Shown here: in pieces, positions 1 through 5,909 of the stretch | Numbering within the stretch: the stretch's first letter is position 1 | How the letters are laid out: each line of letters begins with the position of its first letter | Assembly (NCBI GenBank): GCA_030668825.1 | Contig: DAOVET010000075.1 | Coordinates: forward strand, 1 to 12,926 | Direction: 5' to 3' | Origin: Candidatus Heimdallarchaeota archaeon | GTDB taxonomy: Archaea; Asgardarchaeota; Heimdallarchaeia; Heimdallarchaeales; Heimdallarchaeaceae | Length of the DNA: 12,926 nucleotides | Translations under genes and position numbers: made by a program | The notes under the pieces: generated by a model | Databases searched by the model: none | Told to the model about the DNA's origin: nothing | What the model saw: only the letters and a program-made list of their open reading frames with translations

Positions 1-440
1 TGTTTGATGAAGAACAGGTTATTGAAACTCTAAAAGCCAAAGAGATAATTCCTTTCAATATTAGTAATAGAGATTTGCAGCTGTTAAAAAATAGAATCCA
101 AAGAGCAAAATTTTGGATAGAAAATTATGCTAGTAATAACTTCAAATTCAGTGTAGTTAAAAATCCAAAATGTGATATTGTGAAATTATTGGATTTACCA
201 GTCCTTAAAGAACTATACATAGCTCTTCAGAACCTTCCTGAAAAATATCAAGGGGATGCTATTACTCAACATCTTTATGAGATAGCAAAGGAAAAAGAAA
301 TTAAACCAGGCAATTTCTTCAGATCACTATATCAAATAGTGTTAGCACAAAAATCAGGACCTAGAGCTGGAACACTCATTGATGTTTTGGGAAAAGCTGA
401 AGTTTCCAGACTAGTAAAAGAAGCCCTAGATTGTTTTTAA
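1..440 (+). CDS. lysS: Class I lysyl-tRNA synthetase, C-terminal anticodon-binding region (5' partial)
   Basis: Frame is open from base 3 (FDEEQVIETLKAKEII...) to TAA at 438-440, so the 75 start in the track is internal. 'RIQRAKFWIENYA' and 'FFRSLYQIVLAQKSGPRAGTLIDVLG' match the C-terminal pattern of class I LysRS (R..A..W...YAP; F..LY..L.G...GPR.G.FI..LG). Confidence 0.88.
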   Translation, partial: FDEEQVIETLKAKEIIPFNISNRDLQLLKNRIQRAKFWIENYASNNFKFSVVKNPKCDIVKLLDLPVLKELYIALQNLPEKYQGDAITQHLYEIAKEKEIKPGNFFRSLYQIVLAQKSGPRAGTLIDVLGKAEVSRLVKEALDCF

Positions 441-478
441 TCTTAAAAGAAAAAAGAAGAGAATTTTGATTTTTCGTC
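441..478. terminator. Probable bidirectional archaeal oligo-T terminator region between convergent lysS and wHTH genes
   Basis: 38-bp gap with an A-rich tract (aaaagaaaaaagaag, T-rich on the - strand) and a T-rich tract (ttttgattttt on the + strand). Confidence 0.4.
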
Positions 479-799
479 CTATTCCTCATTTTCTATTGTG
501 GGGGTCACAAAGAAAAATGGAGAATATTCAGGATCTTTTCTCAAAATCTCCAATATTTTTTCGCCTGATTCGGTAATTGACCAACCCCTTTCCTCTTGTT
601 GAATCAATCCTAATTGAGAGAGTGAATTCGAATGCTTGCCAGTTTTGATGTGGGATCTGATTGTATCCAGACCAATTCGAAGCTTCTTTGATAACTTCTT
701 ATATCCAACAGCTTCTCTGGAAAGTTCTATGAGGATAAGGCGTTTAGTTCTACCTAGTCTTTCGACTAGAGATTCTATCGTATCTCCATTATCTACCAC
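479..799 (-). CDS. Small winged helix-turn-helix protein (ArsR-like fold), putative transcription regulator
   Basis: 106 aa; 'KRLILIELSREAVGYKKLSKKLRIGLDTIRSHI...LSQLGLIQQEERGWSITESGEKIL' follows the wHTH pattern. GTG start preceded by GGTGAT (SD-like). Confidence 0.72.
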   Translation of the reverse strand: MVDNGDTIESLVERLGRTKRLILIELSREAVGYKKLSKKLRIGLDTIRSHIKTGKHSNSLSQLGLIQQEERGWSITESGEKILEILRKDPEYSPFFFVTPTIENEE

Positions 800-944
800 T
801 CATATCACCGGATAGGTAGATTAGGTATCATTGACAATTTAAAAACTATACGCTTGTCTTTACTCAAGAATTCTAGATAGCTTTAGAGCTGTTCTATTTC
901 CCTCAACAGAACATTTAAGAGAAAGCAAAAGGTTGTGTTTTTAG
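800..944. promoter_or_regulatory. Divergent promoter region (wHTH gene / DENN-like gene)
   Basis: TTTAAG at 914-919 lies about 25 nt before the ATG at 945 (consistent with a leaderless or short-leader transcript). TTTTTAAA on the - strand near 838-845 precedes the wHTH gene. Confidence 0.4.
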
Positions 945-2039
945 ATGGAACAAAAAATTTGTTTTAGTGTGTTTGATGATACCGTAGGAGTGAAGGTTTT
1001 ACAACACGATAACCTAACAGAAGAAGATTCTCACAAAGTATCTATTCGTATGCTATCGGGGGCCGCAGGAACAGATATTTTAAGAGAAGCGAGTGCAGTT
1101 ATGCCACTTCATGATACAGGGGGAGTTGCTTATTCTTTCTTCTTTGGTATACCTTGCAAAAGCAAGAGATCACCTATTACTATGGCATGTTTAACTTACA
1201 TCATCCAAGAAGAATTACAGTCACAGCTTTATACAAAAGTTCCAGTTTTTAACTATCATAGTTCCAATATTGCAAAACAACTTGCTGGTCTTATTCTCTA
1301 TGAACCAGGCTTTGAGCTAGATGGTGCTCTTCAAACAAGAATCAGAGGTTGGGCCTCTAAACTTTCCTCAATTATGACTAAACAGGAGACTACAGCAACT
1401 CAAACCGTAGAAATTATCAAATCAGAAACCTCACCTTATTTCTTTATGAGAATGATTAACAAAGGTCAAGATAAAGTGGTGAACGCTATTCTAGTAGGAA
1501 AACCAATAGTTGTTGTTTGTTCTCAAGAAATGATTAAACCAATTTTATCATCATTACAATCATTTCAACCCAGAAGAGAATTATTGGTTTCATTGTTTCC
1601 TAAGGAATATGTCCCCCCAGATCAATTTGATGTCCTCTTTGCAACATCTGACTTAGTTTCTGATTATCCTGACAATATTATTTGTGATCTCACAGCAGGA
1701 CAAGCTAAAGGCGGTGATGAGAGCGAATTTAGTAAACAATTGATACAGAAATTACAACAAGATGCTGAAGGTGGAGGTAAAGATCATAGAAATATTATTG
1801 ATACATCTATTCGAGGTTTAGAAGGAGAAGTTGTAAAAATTATAAGATATTCAGGTACAAGTATAATATCCCAATATTATGCATTAACCACAAATCCTAA
1901 GCAGCAATTTGCAAATTTGGGAAATGCAGATATTGATATGGCATTCAAAATTGCCTTCACTCGTTATCCTGAATATTCAAGTAGCATTGACAAACTATAT
2001 CAAGAAGTAACTGGAAAGAAAAGACGTTTCAACATATAA
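945..2039 (+). CDS. Longin/uDENN + core DENN domain protein, folliculin/SMCR8-like (eukaryotic signature-type protein)
   Basis: N-terminal 'ICFSVFDDTVGVKV' fits the longin/uDENN beta1-beta2 motif (h.hF....GP); 'AYSFFFGIPCKSKRSPITMACLTYII' fits the beta4-loop-beta5 hairpin; residues ~176-255 'VVNAILVGKPIVVVCSQEMIKPILSSLQSFQP...NIICDLTAGQ' fit the cDENN core; helical C-terminus. Recognised by eye. Confidence 0.68.
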   Translation: MEQKICFSVFDDTVGVKVLQHDNLTEEDSHKVSIRMLSGAAGTDILREASAVMPLHDTGGVAYSFFFGIPCKSKRSPITMACLTYIIQEELQSQLYTKVPVFNYHSSNIAKQLAGLILYEPGFELDGALQTRIRGWASKLSSIMTKQETTATQTVEIIKSETSPYFFMRMINKGQDKVVNAILVGKPIVVVCSQEMIKPILSSLQSFQPRRELLVSLFPKEYVPPDQFDVLFATSDLVSDYPDNIICDLTAGQAKGGDESEFSKQLIQKLQQDAEGGGKDHRNIIDTSIRGLEGEVVKIIRYSGTSIISQYYALTTNPKQQFANLGNADIDMAFKIAFTRYPEYSSSIDKLYQEVTGKKRRFNI

Positions 2040-2150
2040 TCTTATCAAATACTAAGTTTGATGATCAAAACTAAGGAAATGTACAGTGAAGCATTGCAAA
2101 GCAACCACTTTCCCTATACTTTTTTATTTGTGTAGTTCCTAATTTCAATA

Positions 2151-2906
2151 ATGAACATCAATTCAGTGGTAGATGAGGTTGCTGAGCTAAATCCAATAAT
2201 AGTTTCTGTAGTTGGTGCTGGGGTCTCTAAAGCTTCAGGAATGCCTACTTTTAGAGGAGAAGATGGGTTGTGGAACAACTACAGAGCTGATGAGTTAGCA
2301 ACGCCCCATGCGTTTTCAAGAGACCCGAAACTGGTTTGGGAATGGTATAGAGCAAGGATGAGAATCTTATTAGAATCTGAACCAAATCCAGCCCATTATT
2401 CACTCACTGAATTGGAAGAAGAGAAAATTGCTCTTGGAATCATTACTCAGAATGTCGATGGATTACATGAAATAGCAGGGTCCAAAAATATTGTAGAGAT
2501 ACATGGTAGAATCAGGTATGCAAGATGCGTAAGTTGCAATTACATAGAAAGATGGGATGATGAAAAAAAAGCACAAAAAGGAATAGAATTACCATCATGT
2601 CCAGAATGTGAAACTAATCTTCTTCGACCAGATGTTGTTTGGTTTGGAGAACCTTTAGACTCCCAGAAATGGCAAAAAGCTACTGAATGGACGACGCAAT
2701 CAAATGTGATGCTTGTAATTGGAACTTCTGGCGTTGTTGCACCTGTATCCACTTTACCACTCTATGCAAAGCAAAACAATTCTATGATTATAGAATTTAA
2801 TATTGAAGCCACGCCAATTTCAAGTTATTGTGATTATTCTATATTTGGACCATGTGAGGAAACCTTGCCAGATTTTACTAAAAATTTACTAAATAAAATT
2901 GGTTGA
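2151..2906 (+). CDS. cobB: NAD-dependent protein deacylase (sirtuin, class III / CobB-type)
   Basis: GAGVS.ASGMPTFRG, TQNVDGLH, EIHG, Zn-binding CVSC...CPEC, LRPDVVWFGE, IGTSGVV.P, FN.E.T motifs. YxxR (Y66, R69) present. Confidence 0.96.
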   Translation: MNINSVVDEVAELNPIIVSVVGAGVSKASGMPTFRGEDGLWNNYRADELATPHAFSRDPKLVWEWYRARMRILLESEPNPAHYSLTELEEEKIALGIITQNVDGLHEIAGSKNIVEIHGRIRYARCVSCNYIERWDDEKKAQKGIELPSCPECETNLLRPDVVWFGEPLDSQKWQKATEWTTQSNVMLVIGTSGVVAPVSTLPLYAKQNNSMIIEFNIEATPISSYCDYSIFGPCEETLPDFTKNLLNKIG

Positions 2907-2914
2907 TGTGTATT

Positions 2915-3196
2915 ATGGGAGAAGAAAAAAGAATAGAAATCAAAGTATTGGGTATGGTTCAAGGAGTTTTTTTTAGATCCACAACCAGAGATAAGGCAAG
3001 GAAATTGGGCCTTAAAGGAACAGTACGAAATATGAGGGATGGATCAGTAGAAATAATTGCAGAAGGAACCGAAGAGAGATTGGATAGACTAATTAGTTTT
3101 GCTAAACAAGGTCCACCTTCAGCTGAAGTTTACGATATACAAGTTAAATGGGAACAAGCTAAAGGAAATTTATCTTATTTTAAGATAATTTACTAG
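2915..3196 (+). CDS. acyP: Acylphosphatase
   Basis: G.VQGVFFR and G.VRN..DGSVE.. motifs with the catalytic Arg and Asn; GPP.A.V. The start is ATG 2915 or ATG 2906 (TGATG overlap with the cobB stop); the track's 2903 TTG is less likely. Confidence 0.95.
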   Translation: MGEEKRIEIKVLGMVQGVFFRSTTRDKARKLGLKGTVRNMRDGSVEIIAEGTEERLDRLISFAKQGPPSAEVYDIQVKWEQAKGNLSYFKIIY

Positions 3197-3251
3197 TGAA
3201 ACATCAACATTCAAAAGCAATTCAAATAGTAATAAAATGTGAGGAATTAGA

Positions 3252-3932
3252 TTGCCTGAAGATATCGAGAAACAAATCAGAGCTAAAATATCAGAGCTAA
3301 ATCTTAAAGACACAGAATTAATCCATTTTGGATCTATTGCTAAATTGCCTACTCAATTTGGAGAATTTGAAATTATTGGACTTTTAAGTTTAAGAGATAT
3401 GAAGGAACATGCTGTAATTGTTAAAGGGGATCCAGTTGGAAAGGAGGATGTTCCAATACGCATTCATTCAGAGTGTCTTACAGGTGATGCATTTACATCA
3501 TTGCGATGTGATTGTAGAGAACAACTGGAATTTGCATTAAGTTATCTTTCACAGCAGAAACATGGCATACTAATCTATCTGCGTCAAGAAGGAAGAGGGA
3601 TTGGTTTGTTTAATAAACTCAAGGCATATACACTTCAAGAGATTGGATATGATACAAATGAAGCAAATGAAGTTTTAGGCTTTAAAGCAGATGAACGTTC
3701 ATATCTTGTAGCGGTTGATATATTGCGAGCTTTGCATGTTAAATGTGTTAAGCTTTTAACTAATAATCCAAGAAAAGTAGCAGAATTATGTGGAAGCAAT
3801 ATAGAGGTCATTGATAGAATTCCTATTGCTATTACACCTAATGTCTATAATGTAAAATATCTTTCCACAAAAAGTGAAGATGGTCATTTGATGGGGTCAG
3901 AATCACTTTTTTGTCAAGATGAGACAGACTGA
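3252..3932 (+). CDS. ribA: GTP cyclohydrolase II (bacterial-type RibA)
   Basis: LPT.FG.F, RIHSECLTGDAF.SLRCDC.EQL (three Zn-binding Cys), YLRQEGRGIGL.NKLKAY, DER.Y, LLTNNP.K, YL.TK...GH. TTG start preceded by GTGAGG. Confidence 0.95.
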   Translation: MPEDIEKQIRAKISELNLKDTELIHFGSIAKLPTQFGEFEIIGLLSLRDMKEHAVIVKGDPVGKEDVPIRIHSECLTGDAFTSLRCDCREQLEFALSYLSQQKHGILIYLRQEGRGIGLFNKLKAYTLQEIGYDTNEANEVLGFKADERSYLVAVDILRALHVKCVKLLTNNPRKVAELCGSNIEVIDRIPIAITPNVYNVKYLSTKSEDGHLMGSESLFCQDETD

Positions 3933-3938
3933 GGTAGA

Positions 3939-4643
3939 TTATTCCTCTTTCTCAGTGTCTTCTTCAACAGCAGTATCTTCTTCAACAGCAGTGTCTTCTT
4001 CAACAGCAGTAATATCTTCCCATTCTTCTTGGGAATCAGTTTCGTCTTCTGTTTCTTGATCATCTTTAGATTTTGATAAAAGTTCTTCCAGTTGCTGTTG
4101 GTCCTCATCAGATAGGGAAGCCATCGCTTCTTGACTTTTCTTCATGATACTTGAGATTATCATTGTATAAAGCAAGGGGAGGATTGCACTAGAACTAGAT
4201 ACAGCATCAAATTGATTTCTTGCTATTTCTCTTGCTGATTCTAATGTTTCAGCTGTCATAGTTCCATTACCAAGGCCTGGAGAATCTCTATCAACTAGAT
4301 AGAATTTTTCACCATTGTATGCTAAAGGATAAGATGCACAATGTAACGGCATCGAAGAATAAATATTGCAAATTTTATTGCTATAATCATATAATGGGCA
4401 TCCTGATGGATTTGGATCTTCTTCACCCGCAGCTGGTTTTTTCAAAATTAATCGCACATATGCAGGTGGAGTTTCTTGTATCTGTAGAAATGGCAGAACA
4501 TGATGAATTGTTCCATCAGCTATCCATTTCTGTAAATCTTCAATAAATATTGGTACTTCAGACCACTTTTCACAACACGATCCACATTTAGTACAATTAT
4601 GAACATATTTTTTTGATTCTTTTGATGATTCTGAATCGCTCAT
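3939..4643 (-). CDS. YkgJ-family (CxxCxxCC) Zn/Fe-S cysteine-cluster protein with long acidic C-terminal tail
   Basis: CTKCGSCC near the N-terminus, then CPLY.....CNIY...P..C..YP; a hydrophobic helix ILPLLYTMIISSIM; D/E-rich tail. GTGAT 3 nt before the ATG. Confidence 0.85.
   Translation of the reverse strand: MSDSESSKESKKYVHNCTKCGSCCEKWSEVPIFIEDLQKWIADGTIHHVLPFLQIQETPPAYVRLILKKPAAGEEDPNPSGCPLYDYSNKICNIYSSMPLHCASYPLAYNGEKFYLVDRDSPGLGNGTMTAETLESAREIARNQFDAVSSSSAILPLLYTMIISSIMKKSQEAMASLSDEDQQQLEELLSKSKDDQETEDETDSQEEWEDITAVEEDTAVEEDTAVEEDTEKEE
3953..4010. repeat. In-frame 18-bp tandem repeat, about 3.2 copies (CAGTRTCTTCTTCAACAG), encoding (TAVEED)3 on the - strand
   Basis: Units at 3953-3970, 3971-3988 and 3989-4006 plus a partial CAGT at 4007-4010; only one (synonymous) difference among the full units. 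Confidence 0.95.
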
Positions 4644-4720
4644 ATTATCACGTGATTTGAATCTTAAACTAAAATGAATAAAGATTTTTCGATAGTTATT
4701 AAAAATATGAAAACCAGAAA

Positions 4721-5386
4721 TTACTCTCCATAGATTTCGCGCTTGATTGTTTCAAAGATTCCATCAATAGTGTCAAACATTTGCTCAGTTTCATCAATTG
4801 CTGAAATCGCTTCCCAATAATGACCACTACTTGGGTAACGCTCTTTAAGATGATTCCAAGCTGTTTGATATTTCTCTTTGATCAATCCATCAGCATTACC
4901 TTTACTATTTCCAATAAGATCTATTTTATTAACAACGAGGAAAAATATGGCTTTAACTTTTCTTGCTTTTCTTTCTGCCCTAACTACATCATCATCTAAA
5001 GTCATAAGATAATAATTGGAAACCTGAGTTAGTGCATCTATTTGTACCTTTGAATCTTGTGTAGGATCTATGAGAAAAATAATTCCATTTGTGTTATAAT
5101 CAGCTAATGCTTTTTTCCAATATGGCCATAAACTCATATCACCAGGACAGTCAATTGCTCTCACTCGATAACTTCTATACCTCTCTAAACTTAAGGCAGG
5201 TTTGAATGATTGACTCTTTAATCGAATTGTCTTTTGATGAACCTCTATACTTGTTGTGGGACTAATGTCTTCAACATCTTCTCCCTTTAATCGGCGTACA
5301 AGGGTGGTTTTCCCCGCTCCTGTGTTCCCGAGAATAGTCACACTCAAATCTCTTGTTAACATTTTAGACATTAATTTTATCGTCAT
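4721..5386 (-). CDS. Ras-superfamily small GTPase, Arf/Arl-like
   Basis: G1 GNTGAGKT, G2 SPT, G3 DCPG, G4 NKID, G5 SAI. 'LKGEDVEDISPT' and 'SLWPYW...NTNGIIFLID' resemble Arf/Arl switch regions. Start uncertain (ATG 5386, 5371 or 5362). Confidence 0.88.
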   Translation of the reverse strand: MTIKLMSKMLTRDLSVTILGNTGAGKTTLVRRLKGEDVEDISPTTSIEVHQKTIRLKSQSFKPALSLERYRSYRVRAIDCPGDMSLWPYWKKALADYNTNGIIFLIDPTQDSKVQIDALTQVSNYYLMTLDDDVVRAERKARKVKAIFFLVVNKIDLIGNSKGNADGLIKEKYQTAWNHLKERYPSSGHYWEAISAIDETEQMFDTIDGIFETIKREIYGE

Positions 5387-5481
5387 TGAACTATTTCAAT
5401 TTTTCCTCGGGGGGAATAGCAAGAGATACATAAATCACATTATCTAAAAATCCCAAGACTTGAAAACTATTTCTTAAATCT

Positions 5482-5508
5482 TAAAAGAATACTATTAGTA
5501 TTCATTTA
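5482..5508. promoter_or_regulatory. Palindromic candidate operator GAATACTA-T-TAGTATTC in the divergent GTPase / kor intergenic region
   Basis: Perfect 8-bp arms at 5487-5503 with a 1-nt centre; extends to 5482-5508 with one mismatched pair. Confidence 0.55.
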
Positions 5509-5526
5509 TTATTTCAACTCAATACA

Positions 5527-5544
5527 CAAATAAAACTTTAAATA
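5527..5544 (+). promoter_or_regulatory. BRE/TATA-like promoter for the kor-flx-hdr operon
   Basis: A-rich caaataaaac immediately followed by TTTAAATA (5537-5544), about 48 nt before the korD ATG at 5592. Confidence 0.55.
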
Positions 5545-5591
5545 ACTAAATAATTCACTCCCGACAGCGCTATAAATTGTGGTTCATTTTA

Positions 5592-5909
5592 ATGGGTCAA
5601 TCACTAGAGAGAAGACGAAAGAAGCCAGAATGGCCGGCTTTTGTAGACTTGGAGAAGTTAAAAGGTCCTAACTCTCAAGTTTATATAATAAAGGACAGAT
5701 GCAAAGAATGTGAGTGGTGTATTATTTACTGTCCAGAAGAGATTTTAGAAACTGGAGAGGAAATTAATGCTAAAGGATATCGTCCCCCTGTTCTAAAAGA
5801 AGGAAAAACCTTCGACGACTGTGCTGAGTGCCATTTCTGTGAGCTAATTTGTCCTGAATTCGCAATTTATGTTAAAGTAATCGAAGAGAGTGATGCTGAA
5901 GATGAGTAA
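5592..5909 (+). CDS. korD: 2-oxoacid:ferredoxin oxidoreductase delta subunit (2x[4Fe-4S] ferredoxin-like)
   Basis: CKECEWCIIYCP and CAECHFCELICPEFAI, N.KGY.PP; first gene of the kor cluster. ATG 5592 preferred over TTG 5577. Confidence 0.9.
   Translation: MGQSLERRRKKPEWPAFVDLEKLKGPNSQVYIIKDRCKECEWCIIYCPEEILETGEEINAKGYRPPVLKEGKTFDDCAECHFCELICPEFAIYVKVIEESDAEDE

Noticed and set aside
789-803. Mini-ORF ATG-AGT-GGT-AGA-TAA overlapping the wHTH GTG start on the - strand
   Set aside because: Four codons, with no spacing from the SD motif; likely chance.
873-895. Imperfect hairpin TAGATAGCT-TTAG-AGCTGTTCTA in the wHTH/DENN intergenic region
   Set aside because: Requires a mismatch and a bulge; too weak to call as an operator or RNA element.
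3953-4010. CRISPR array interpretation of the direct repeats
   Set aside because: Units are 18 bp, contiguous with no spacers, in frame within a CDS, and there are no cas genes in the window.
4647-4656. Perfect 10-bp palindrome ATCACGTGAT (E-box-like) before the YkgJ-like gene
   Set aside because: Explained largely by the GTGAT ribosome-binding motif 3 nt before the ATG; short and single-copy.
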